A stretch of 32,000 nt of DNA, taken from Desulfocapsa sulfexigens DSM 10523 (GTDB taxonomy: Bacteria; Desulfobacterota; Desulfobulbia; Desulfobulbales; Desulfocapsaceae). Location of the stretch: assembly GCF_000341395.1 (NCBI RefSeq), contig NC_020304.1, forward strand, positions 2,250,001 to 2,282,000, read 5' to 3'. The position numbers and the translations under genes are program-made. This document shows positions 1 through 8,546 of this stretch, one piece after another (within the stretch, counting starts at the first letter, position 1; the number at the start of each line of letters is the position of its first letter). The notes beneath the pieces were generated by a model. The model saw only the letters and a list, made by a program, of their open reading frames with translations. It did not search any database and was not told the DNA's origin.

Positions 1-2
1 AT

Positions 3-1556
3 GATAATGCCAGGGCTATTATTAGTAATTTCGGTGAAGATTTCTGGTTAGGACCTTTCACTGAAGTGCTGCTTGCGAAAGCTCCATTTTTTTCTATATT
101 TGTCGCATTATCAATAAGTAGCGGAATCCCACTTCGAGTATTGGAATTTTTGTTGTACGTGCCGTTACCATTCTTGTTTTTGTTTGCTCTTCGTCCTCTT
201 CAACTGCCTAAGTTTTTCCTCCTGTCTATCAGTATCGTGTGTTTACTGTTTATTCCTGCTGCTGGTTTGCAACTGAGGCTTGTCCGTACTACTGTATTTG
301 GTGCGATAGTGCTGTATACGCTAATTTTTATGACAGCCCTTATAGTTTATGTGGCGATGCGACAAAAAAGAATCTGGATTTGGGCTTTTTTGACGGGGGC
401 AGGTATAGGTTGTGCTGCAATGACCCGTGAAGAAGGAATCTGGCTTTTTTTTCCTGCATTAATTGCAATGACAGCAGTTTTTCTTTTCTCCAGGAAACAA
501 AAAAGAGTTATTGAAGTGATTGTACTTACACTTCTTTTAGTGGTTGGGTATCAGGTACCATTGGCTACTTTTTCTTTATTAAATTACCATTCATATGGTG
601 TGTTTTCCCCTTCTTTAAGGCAGAATCAGTCATATAAAAAATTGTACTCCACTTTAACGTCGATTGAGCCGGCTGAAAGGTCTAAGTATGTACCCTTTGC
701 TGCAAAGGCAAGACAAAGTACATATGAAATATCACCGTATTTCAGACAATTAAAACCATTTGTCGAGGGGGCGGCTGTGGACGATCTGGCAACTAATGCT
801 GAGCATCACAGGATAAGTGGCTGGGGGGAAAAACTGAATACGCGAGAGTTTTTTGTTTCGACGTTTGATTGGGCCTTGGCAAGAGCAATTTTTCTCAGTG
901 GGAGAACAACCGCCCGTGACTTTTTAGATTTCTGCGACAAGGCTACAGAGGAGATTCAATCTGCTATCCACTCGGGTGAACTCGTGGCTGGTAGTACAGG
1001 CCTGGGACTGTTACCTTCTTTGTCTGAAGGTGAAGTTTCTCAGGTCTTGTATGCTACCTACAGGTCAATACAGCTGCTGTTCTGGCCACAAGGAATTGTC
1101 CGAAAAAATAATCTCAGCACCAATCCAAATCCTGGAGTTGCTTCAAATTGGCATTCGTCACTCGGCACTTGGGCAGCTGATTCTCATGTCCTCGGCGAGC
1201 GTTTTTCAGATATTGTGTTTAATCGTTTTGTGGTCAATCTTTTTAAAGTGAGCTATGGAATAACCTTTGTACTCGGAATAATTGCTCTTGTATTTTTACT
1301 TCGCAAAGAGAAACGGCAAGGGGTGATACTTTTAGCAGTAATGACAGCTTCTGCAGGAGGAGTGATTGCTTTTAGTGTTGTTATGGGAGTTATGGATACT
1401 ATTGCCTGGTCTATATTAGAACAGGTTGGGAGTTACAATATTATAGGACAATTCCCACTACATTTTTTATTCTTGATTTCAGTTGTTGCCATCCTGCATT
1501 GTTTTGAGGTTTTTCGATCAGAAAAGCTTGTTACAGAGAAGGAAATATCTGTTTAG
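3..1556 (+). CDS. 5'-truncated polytopic membrane protein, possibly a GT-C/GT39-like glycosyltransferase
   Basis: The frame is open from the window edge (DNARAIISNFGEDFWLGPFTEVLLAK...), so the listed GTG at 66 is probably internal. Multiple hydrophobic segments; 'AAMTREEGIWLFFPALI' and extended loop typical of large membrane glycan enzymes. Confidence 0.6.
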   Translation, partial: DNARAIISNFGEDFWLGPFTEVLLAKAPFFSIFVALSISSGIPLRVLEFLLYVPLPFLFLFALRPLQLPKFFLLSISIVCLLFIPAAGLQLRLVRTTVFGAIVLYTLIFMTALIVYVAMRQKRIWIWAFLTGAGIGCAAMTREEGIWLFFPALIAMTAVFLFSRKQKRVIEVIVLTLLLVVGYQVPLATFSLLNYHSYGVFSPSLRQNQSYKKLYSTLTSIEPAERSKYVPFAAKARQSTYEISPYFRQLKPFVEGAAVDDLATNAEHHRISGWGEKLNTREFFVSTFDWALARAIFLSGRTTARDFLDFCDKATEEIQSAIHSGELVAGSTGLGLLPSLSEGEVSQVLYATYRSIQLLFWPQGIVRKNNLSTNPNPGVASNWHSSLGTWAADSHVLGERFSDIVFNRFVVNLFKVSYGITFVLGIIALVFLLRKEKRQGVILLAVMTASAGGVIAFSVVMGVMDTIAWSILEQVGSYNIIGQFPLHFLFLISVVAILHCFEVFRSEKLVTEKEISV

Positions 1557-1725
1557 AAAGAGTTATTGTTTCTGCATACACCCACTGCCACTTTTGGCAG
1601 TCTGGGCGTTCCCCAGTGAGTTGTTTTATGATTCTTCGGATCAGAATATGAGATGAAAAACATTGGCAATATTCACGATTAAAAAAATCACCTTCCAGGG
1701 TGAAAGTGGATAATATAAAGGATTT

Positions 1726-3117
1726 TTGATGTCTTTAAGTGATCTAGCAGTGATTGTAAATGATGTATCCAAGTGCTATCAAATTTATGAGCAGCCGGCT
1801 GATCGTCTGAAACAGATGCTGTTTCCCCCCTTGTATCAACACGTATTAAGAAAAGTATCTAAACAATATTTTTCAGAGTATTGGGCTTTGAAAAATGTCT
1901 CGTTTACTGTGGAGAAGGGTCAATCTGTAGGTATTGTGGGGAAGAATGGTGCGGGCAAGTCCACATTGTTACAGATTATATGCGGGGTTTTGTTTCCTAC
2001 CTTTGGCGGTGTTCAACTGAATGGCAGGATAGCAGCTCTTTTGGAACTCGGAACCGGTTTTAATCCTGAGTTCACAGGTGTTGAAAATATCTATCTTTAT
2101 GGTGCTATACTTGGTCTGGATAGAAATGAAATGGCTGACCGATTTGATAGGATTGCTGCATTTGCAGATATTGGTAATTATATCAACCAACCCATTAAAA
2201 CATTTTCCAGTGGTATGGTTGTGCGGCTCGCGTTTGCGGTAATTGCCCATGTAGATGCCGATATACTTGTTATTGATGAAGCTTTGGCTGTTGGGGATGC
2301 ATTCTTTCAACAAAAATGTATCCGGTTTCTTCGTTGCCATAAGGAAAAGGGTGGAACGAGTTTATTTGTAACCCACGATACATCCTCAGTAGTTACCTTA
2401 TGTGACAAGGCACTACTTCTTTTTCCGGGGAGTAGCAGAACTCCAATTTTTGGTGAGTCTGAAGATGTATGTAAACTCTATCTTGAAGATCTGTATAGTG
2501 ATCCAGAGCGAGAGAGAATCCTGCTACACCCTGATAAGTTTCAACGTAATTCCCAGGAAAAATCCCATACAAAAAAAACACTTTATGGTGATTTGACATC
2601 TTTTGATTCTATCTATGCAGTCTCCACCTTTAAGCATGGGGCAGAAGATTTTGGAAAAGGTGGGGCGGTAATTATTGATGCTGGTTTTTTTGATGATGAC
2701 GGGCATCGATTAAGTATGATTAAGGGCGAGGATACTGTTTCTTTTATTATCAAAGCAAAAATATATCGTCATATTATCTGGCCTGCTTTTGGGTTTATGC
2801 TGAAAAACAGTTTAGGTGAATATCTTTTTACAGAAGGCACAGACCAGCATTTTAGAAGCCATAAATTGGTGTTTGATGAGAATGATATTGTTGTAGCAAC
2901 ATTTTCCTTTACGATGCCGCACTTGTTTCGAGGACAATATATGATAAATGTTGCTCTTGCAGAAGGTATTGGTGATGAGCATATACAGCATCATTGGATT
3001 CATGATGCGGTACAAATAGATGTACTGTCAAGTCGCCTTATGCACGGCCACAGTGGAATGAATAATGTCAAAATGTCCATTGAAATACAGTCAGATAGTT
3101 TCAAAGGGACAATATGA
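1726..3117 (+). CDS. Polysaccharide ABC transporter ATP-binding protein, Wzt-like, with C-terminal extension
   Basis: Walker A GKNGAGKST, signature FSSGMVVRLAFAVI, Walker B ADILVIDEALAVGD, H-loop FVTHD. C-terminal ~200 aa beta-rich extension as in Wzt proteins with a carbohydrate-binding domain. RBS-like aagga upstream. Confidence 0.92.
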   Translation: MMSLSDLAVIVNDVSKCYQIYEQPADRLKQMLFPPLYQHVLRKVSKQYFSEYWALKNVSFTVEKGQSVGIVGKNGAGKSTLLQIICGVLFPTFGGVQLNGRIAALLELGTGFNPEFTGVENIYLYGAILGLDRNEMADRFDRIAAFADIGNYINQPIKTFSSGMVVRLAFAVIAHVDADILVIDEALAVGDAFFQQKCIRFLRCHKEKGGTSLFVTHDTSSVVTLCDKALLLFPGSSRTPIFGESEDVCKLYLEDLYSDPERERILLHPDKFQRNSQEKSHTKKTLYGDLTSFDSIYAVSTFKHGAEDFGKGGAVIIDAGFFDDDGHRLSMIKGEDTVSFIIKAKIYRHIIWPAFGFMLKNSLGEYLFTEGTDQHFRSHKLVFDENDIVVATFSFTMPHLFRGQYMINVALAEGIGDEHIQHHWIHDAVQIDVLSSRLMHGHSGMNNVKMSIEIQSDSFKGTI

Positions 3118-6100
3118 TTATTGCATGTCGTTATGGTGATTTTGCAGTTCCTGGTGATAAGGATTTAATTGTTAACTCTTTGCGCCATTATGGAGAATGG
3201 GCTCAAGCCGAGATAGATGTTTTAGCCCACTTCATTACTGAAGGACATGTTGTCGTTGATGTTGGTGCTTTTGTTGGAACACATGCACGTGCATTCTCCA
3301 CAATGGTAGGATTGGAAGGAAAGGTACATGCTTTTGAGCCAAACACTGTCATTTATTCATTTCTTGAAGAGAATGCTGCAAATTCTTCATTCTCTAACAT
3401 CGCAGCATATCCTTTTGGGCTTAGTAGTAAAAATGAAAAAATGGCTAGTGTTAATACATGGGATGGTGCAAATCAGGGCGCATTTCGGCTAGAGAGAAAT
3501 GAAGGTGGAGATGTTGAACAAACCGTGGATGTTAAGTCATTGGATTCTTTGGGTCTGGGCGAGATTGATTTCATCAAGGCCGATGTGGAAGGCATGGAAC
3601 TTAGGGTGCTGATCGGTGGAGAAAAAACAATCGAAACATATAGGCCTGCCATTTTTATTGAAATAAATTCCCTGGAAGCGTCCTACGGTATTCTCAATTG
3701 GGCTAGGCAGCGGGATTATTTTATTTATGGGGTGATCACCTCGGCTTTTAATCCAGATAATTTTAATAGGGCTGAAAGTGATATATTTGAGCAGGCCAAA
3801 GAATGCGGTTTGTTGTTGATTCATTCTCAAAAACTCAATGAATATTGTGTTGATGTAGACCGATTGGCTTTGCCTGAAATCAAAACTGCTGATGACATAG
3901 CTCTTCTATTACTGCATAAGCCGCAGTATCCATATGAAATATTAGAGAAGCTAGCAACTGCTGAAAAATTGGGGATTGATTATCTGGCTCCGAGTCTGGT
4001 GAAAACGGTGAACGAGTTTACCCGTCGGATCACGAGCTTTGAGCAAACTTTAGGGGAGCGTGACATTCAGCTAGAAAATCTAAATAAAATTATCAGAGAA
4101 CGAGATGTTCAGCTAGAAAATATAAATAAAATTATCGGAGAGCGAGATATTCAGCTAGAAAATTTAAATAAAATTATCAGAGAACGAGATATTCAGATAG
4201 GAGATCTTGGCCAAGTTGTTGGAGAATGCAACAACCAAATAGCGAATCTTAATCAGGTTGTGAATGAATATGCCAAGCAGATGGGCAGTATAATATCATC
4301 AAAGTCCTGGATTCTTACAAAACCTCTGAGGTTTCTTGATCGCTTCGTGCGTGTGGGGGGGGGGGCATTGCCGACACTGCTCAGAAATAATCATGAACGA
4401 AAAACCAGTACATCCAGAGCTAATGATGAGGAGCGGCTACGTACTTCTGTAAAAGGGGTGTTTGATGTGTCGTTCTACCTGAAAACATATCCTGATATTG
4501 CTGCCTTGAGTGTAGATCCTCTGGATCATTTTTTAACAATAGGCTGGCAGGAAGGTCGTAATCCCAACCTGTACTTTGATACTAATTATTATCTATTGAA
4601 AAACCCTGATATTGCCATCGCTAATATCAATCCACTTCTGCATTATGTTGAGCATGGATGGCGGGAAGGGCGTAATCCAAGTAGATGTTTTGATACTAAG
4701 TATTATTTGTCTGATAATTCCGATGTCGCAGACGCTGATATCAATCCACTTCAACACTATATAGATCATGGCTCACGGGAAGGCCGTAGTTCGTATATGT
4801 TTTTTGATGAGAAATATTACCTCGAAAATAATCCAGATATTCGTTCGTCAGGAGTTAATCCTCTTATTCATTTTATGGAATTTGGTTGGCGGGAAGGGCG
4901 GTCTCCTGGGATCTATTTTGATATAAACTTTTATTTGTCCGAGAATCCAGACATTGCTGAAGCGGAAGTGAATCCTCTCATTCATTTTGTAGAATTTGGC
5001 TGGCTGGAAGGGCGCAACCCAAATCCATATTTCAACATTAATTACTATTTGTTAGAAAATTCAGCCGTAGCTGATTCAGGAATGAATCCACTGCTACATT
5101 TTATCAAACAGGGATGGCAGAATGGGTGCAACCCAAACCCCGATTTTGATGTCGATTATTATATTAATGCCTATCCAGATGCGGTTCGTTCCGGAGACAA
5201 TCCCTTACGTCACTATATTGAAACAGGTCGTTCATCTGGATATATGACATTTCCAGCGAAACAGAGAGTTAATGGTGTCGTGAAGGATACGTTTGTGAGT
5301 CATGAAAAACAAAAATATGTTTCAGAGATGATATACGATGATATCAAAAGGAGGATTAAACATTCCACGATACGAATAAAAAACACACCTCAATGTGTGA
5401 AAATCACGGAAGATACTATTGCAGACAGTATAGAGAACTTATCGTTTAATTCTTGGAGTAACCCGGAAGTTTCCATCATTATTCCAGTTTTTAACTGTTT
5501 GCAAATGTTGGTGGAATGTTTGGTTAGTATTAAAAAATATGTACGGATACCTTTTGAAATAATAATAGCTGATGATTGTTCCGACGATACAAGAATTGAA
5601 GCGATGTTTGAAAATCATCAGACAGTCAAATATATCAGGAATGAGGTTAATGTTGGTTTTTTGCGAAATGTGAACAATAGTATATCCTGTTGTTCCGGGG
5701 AGTTCATTTTCCTTCTAAACAGTGATGTACAGCTGCTGGATGATTGTGTTTCAGTATTGGTGAGTCACTTGCAAACTGATCCAGATGCCATGGTATCTGG
5801 ACCTAAAATTATCTACCCGAATGGAATTTTGCAGGAAGCTGGAGGATGTATACGTACTGATTGTTCCACCGTTATGACAGGGAATGGCCATAGTGCTGAG
5901 GACACGAGATATGGATTTAATCGTTATGTTGATTACATCTCCGGCGCATGCCTGTGTTTTGAAAAAGAGAATTTTATTTTGCTTGGTAAGTTTGACGAAA
6001 GTTACTCACCTGCTTATGCAGAGGATCTTGAGTTCTGTGCTCGTGTGATAAAAATGGGAAAAAAGGTTTTATATGTTGCTGAAACCACAATTGTTCATCG

Positions 6101-7277
6101 GCTAAGTGCATCCAGTGAGGCTGTGTCTGAAGATTTTAAAATTTATCAGTCTGCTGTCAATAAACAAAAGTTTAGAGAAGGATATAGTACGTTTTTCAAA
6201 AAAGAAAATCGGATCAAACCGATTGCTTTTTATTTGCCACAGTTTCACTCTATTAAAGAAAATAATTACTGGTGGGGGGAAGGATATACTGAATGGAGAG
6301 AAGTTGCGAACGCTCGGCCTCTTTTCCATCACCATTATCAGCCTCATATTCCTGCTGATCTCGGGTTCTATGATCTCGATACCCACAAAGGGATTTTTGA
6401 AAAACAAGCGGCACTGGCTAGACGGTATGGCATACATGGATTTTGTTTCTACTATTATAATTTTGGTAACTTTGAGTTACTTGAAAAACCACTTGAGCGT
6501 TTTCTTCGGTCAGAAGCTGATATACAATTCTGCCTTTGCTGGGCAAATGAAAATTGGACACGAACCTGGGATGGGAGAGAAAATGATATTTTGTGTAAGC
6601 AAAATGAAGATGCTGATGGGAATTTTTTGGGTGTTCTAAAGGGGATGGAGCGTTATGTTCACGATAGCCGATATGTTACGGTTGATAAGAAACCGCTTGT
6701 TCTTATTTATCGAGCAGAGCTGATTGGAAACATTAGGAATGTGACTCGGTCATGGCGTAAGTATTGGAAAGATAAATATAAAGGTGAACTGTATCTGTGC
6801 CTGGTTGACAGTATGGGACGTTCTTCAGGATCAAGTATCTCCCCGGAGGAGTTAGGGTTTGATGCTGCTGTGGAGTTTCCTGTACACCATGTCAATAACA
6901 CTTCAAAGCTTAAGATATCTGATGAACTGGAAAATGTTCGATTTGAAGGGATGTCGTACGATTATACTGATGCCGTTGTGGAAATATGTTCCAGGAAGCA
7001 CCCTGGTTATAAACGGTTTCCTGGAGTATTTCCTTCATGGGATAATACCCCTCGAAGAGGTAATACTTCAACCGTTTTTCGTAATGCTCATCCTAGCTCG
7101 TTCCAAGTGTTTCTTGAGAATAAATGTGAGGAGGCAAAGCTCTATAGTCGTGATGAACGACTTCTTTTTGTTAATGCCTGGAATGAGTGGGGGGAAGGTG
7201 CTCACCTGGAACCTGACATTGAATACGGTCACACCTGGTTACAGGTTATAGAAAAAGTAGTGAGAGAGAACCAATAA
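3114..7277 (+). CDS. Giant multidomain protein: FkbM-family methyltransferase, coiled coil, seven 38-aa repeats, GT2 glycosyltransferase, WbsX-like glycosyltransferase
   Basis: FkbM-like 'VVVDVGAFVGTHARAFS...VHAFEPN...DFIKADVEGMELRVLIGG'; coiled coil 'ERDIQLENLNKIIRERDVQLENINKIIGE'; repeats 'FDxxYYLxxNPDIAxxxxNPLxHYxxxGWxEGRNP'; GT2 'EVSIIIPVFNC...FLLNSDVQLL...GACLCFEKENF...EDLEFCARV'; WbsX-like 'PIAFYLPQFHSIKENNYWWGEGYTEWREV...CWANENWTRTWDG...NAWNEWGEGAHLEPD'. ATGA overlap with upstream gene. Confidence 0.9.
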   Translation: MIIACRYGDFAVPGDKDLIVNSLRHYGEWAQAEIDVLAHFITEGHVVVDVGAFVGTHARAFSTMVGLEGKVHAFEPNTVIYSFLEENAANSSFSNIAAYPFGLSSKNEKMASVNTWDGANQGAFRLERNEGGDVEQTVDVKSLDSLGLGEIDFIKADVEGMELRVLIGGEKTIETYRPAIFIEINSLEASYGILNWARQRDYFIYGVITSAFNPDNFNRAESDIFEQAKECGLLLIHSQKLNEYCVDVDRLALPEIKTADDIALLLLHKPQYPYEILEKLATAEKLGIDYLAPSLVKTVNEFTRRITSFEQTLGERDIQLENLNKIIRERDVQLENINKIIGERDIQLENLNKIIRERDIQIGDLGQVVGECNNQIANLNQVVNEYAKQMGSIISSKSWILTKPLRFLDRFVRVGGGALPTLLRNNHERKTSTSRANDEERLRTSVKGVFDVSFYLKTYPDIAALSVDPLDHFLTIGWQEGRNPNLYFDTNYYLLKNPDIAIANINPLLHYVEHGWREGRNPSRCFDTKYYLSDNSDVADADINPLQHYIDHGSREGRSSYMFFDEKYYLENNPDIRSSGVNPLIHFMEFGWREGRSPGIYFDINFYLSENPDIAEAEVNPLIHFVEFGWLEGRNPNPYFNINYYLLENSAVADSGMNPLLHFIKQGWQNGCNPNPDFDVDYYINAYPDAVRSGDNPLRHYIETGRSSGYMTFPAKQRVNGVVKDTFVSHEKQKYVSEMIYDDIKRRIKHSTIRIKNTPQCVKITEDTIADSIENLSFNSWSNPEVSIIIPVFNCLQMLVECLVSIKKYVRIPFEIIIADDCSDDTRIEAMFENHQTVKYIRNEVNVGFLRNVNNSISCCSGEFIFLLNSDVQLLDDCVSVLVSHLQTDPDAMVSGPKIIYPNGILQEAGGCIRTDCSTVMTGNGHSAEDTRYGFNRYVDYISGACLCFEKENFILLGKFDESYSPAYAEDLEFCARVIKMGKKVLYVAETTIVHRLSASSEAVSEDFKIYQSAVNKQKFREGYSTFFKKENRIKPIAFYLPQFHSIKENNYWWGEGYTEWREVANARPLFHHHYQPHIPADLGFYDLDTHKGIFEKQAALARRYGIHGFCFYYYNFGNFELLEKPLERFLRSEADIQFCLCWANENWTRTWDGRENDILCKQNEDADGNFLGVLKGMERYVHDSRYVTVDKKPLVLIYRAELIGNIRNVTRSWRKYWKDKYKGELYLCLVDSMGRSSGSSISPEELGFDAAVEFPVHHVNNTSKLKISDELENVRFEGMSYDYTDAVVEICSRKHPGYKRFPGVFPSWDNTPRRGNTSTVFRNAHPSSFQVFLENKCEEAKLYSRDERLLFVNAWNEWGEGAHLEPDIEYGHTWLQVIEKVVRENQ
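4056..4265 (+). repeat. 42-bp (14-aa) tandem repeats encoding a coiled coil; about 5 units, first 3 nearly identical in DNA
   Basis: Units begin at 4056, 4098, 4140, 4182 and 4224. Unit 1 vs 3 match at 39/42 nt and unit 2 vs 3 at 38/42 by direct alignment. Confidence 0.9.
4355..4365 (+). repeat. G11 homopolymer tract inside coding sequence
   Basis: ...cgtgcgtGTGGGGGGGGGGGcattgcc...; 11 consecutive G in the reading frame V-G-G-G-A. Confidence 0.95.
4461..5258 (+). repeat. Seven 114-bp (38-aa) repeats, consensus FDxxYYLxxNPDIAxAxxNPLxHYxxxGWxEGRNPxxx
   Basis: Aligned by eye: each unit is 38 aa, from FDVSFYL to FDVDYYINAYPDA. The last unit is diverged. Confidence 0.9.
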
Positions 7278-8444
7278 ATGACAATTTGTGTATTTGGACA
7301 TCCTTATTCTTCTCTAGGTACAGGAGAACAGTTGGCATCATTCTCGCGCTCACTTGACGTTTGCCATGTCGAACATAAATTATTTGATATTTATGGTAGC
7401 AGCGCATGTGATAAGGGTATCATTCGTCCGTGGCTCAAGGAAAAAGAAACAAAGGATCCGGGGTACGGTGACATCCGAATATTTCATATAAATGGAGACG
7501 AAATAATACCATGTATGAAACATTTGGAAGACAAGGGGTTTGATTTTTCTGCAGGTAGCAAAAATATCATCATTCCTGCTTGGGAACTTCCGATATTTCC
7601 TGAAATATGGAGAGAAGGGATTAATCGATTTGATGAGGTCTGGGCACTCTCGCATTATATGGAAAAAATGCTTTCAGGCTGGACCAGTGGAGCCGTAAGG
7701 TATGTCGGACAATCAGCTGAGAGGCAAAATGGAATCCTCTATCCCCGAAAATACTTTGGTATTAAAAATTCTTCCCTTGTCTTTCTTTCCTTTTTTGATC
7801 AGTCATCATATGTCGGAAGAAAAAATCCGACAGCACTCTTGGATTTTTATAAAATATTAAGAAAAACCCATCCATTCAGTGATTTTCAACTGGTGATCAA
7901 GGCAAAGAATATTGATTCGAACAGTTCGCTTGAAATTGAAATAATCGATGAAAATGTTCTCTTGATAAATGGTAATTTAAGTTACCATGAAATGACATCA
8001 CTTCTTGATTCTTCAGATGTTTTTGTCTCTTTGCACCGTGCTGAAGGGTTTGGCAGAGGTGGAGCCGAGGCCGTTCTTCGTCAAAGGCGTGCCATTGTCA
8101 CAAACTATTCTGGTGTTGAAGATTATTCTGCTGACCCAGCTGTCTTGCCCGTTGGGTATGATTTGGTACCAGTTAAAGAAGGAGAGTATCCTTATCATGA
8201 GGGGCAGGTATGGGCTGAACCTCGAATGAGTGATGCCGTAAAACATGCCAGTAAACTCATTAATGACTATGAGCGAGGTTTTACAAACAGCTGTTTTTTT
8301 GACAAGGAGGAAAATGCAGGGGAAATTGTTCGTAGAGTGGCTTCTAGTTTTAGTGTTGGGGTGAATGTAATTAAAAACCTGAACAAGACTAAAGGTCCTG
8401 TATCTGGTTGTGCCAAGAGATATGCGCATTTGCATGACTCGTAA
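7278..8444 (+). CDS. Glycosyltransferase, GT4-like
   Basis: C-terminal 'SYHEMTSLLDSSDVFVSLHRAEGFGRGGAEAVLRQRRAIVTNYSGVEDY' is the GT-B nucleotide-sugar site pattern. Directly abuts the previous ORF. Confidence 0.8.
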   Translation: MTICVFGHPYSSLGTGEQLASFSRSLDVCHVEHKLFDIYGSSACDKGIIRPWLKEKETKDPGYGDIRIFHINGDEIIPCMKHLEDKGFDFSAGSKNIIIPAWELPIFPEIWREGINRFDEVWALSHYMEKMLSGWTSGAVRYVGQSAERQNGILYPRKYFGIKNSSLVFLSFFDQSSYVGRKNPTALLDFYKILRKTHPFSDFQLVIKAKNIDSNSSLEIEIIDENVLLINGNLSYHEMTSLLDSSDVFVSLHRAEGFGRGGAEAVLRQRRAIVTNYSGVEDYSADPAVLPVGYDLVPVKEGEYPYHEGQVWAEPRMSDAVKHASKLINDYERGFTNSCFFDKEENAGEIVRRVASSFSVGVNVIKNLNKTKGPVSGCAKRYAHLHDS

Positions 8445-8546
8445 AGAGATAACATTCTCTATACTCTAAGGTTCGGGGCTGAGCGCATATTGCTTCAATG
8501 TGTGATACTTTTTGTTGTCTGGTAGAGACTGGTTTGGGGCTGATAG

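Noticed and set aside
6102-6639. Overlapping ORFs of 111 and 177 aa within the giant gene
   Set aside because: They lie out of frame or antisense inside a strongly supported coding region; hydrophobic, low-complexity composition typical of shadow ORFs.
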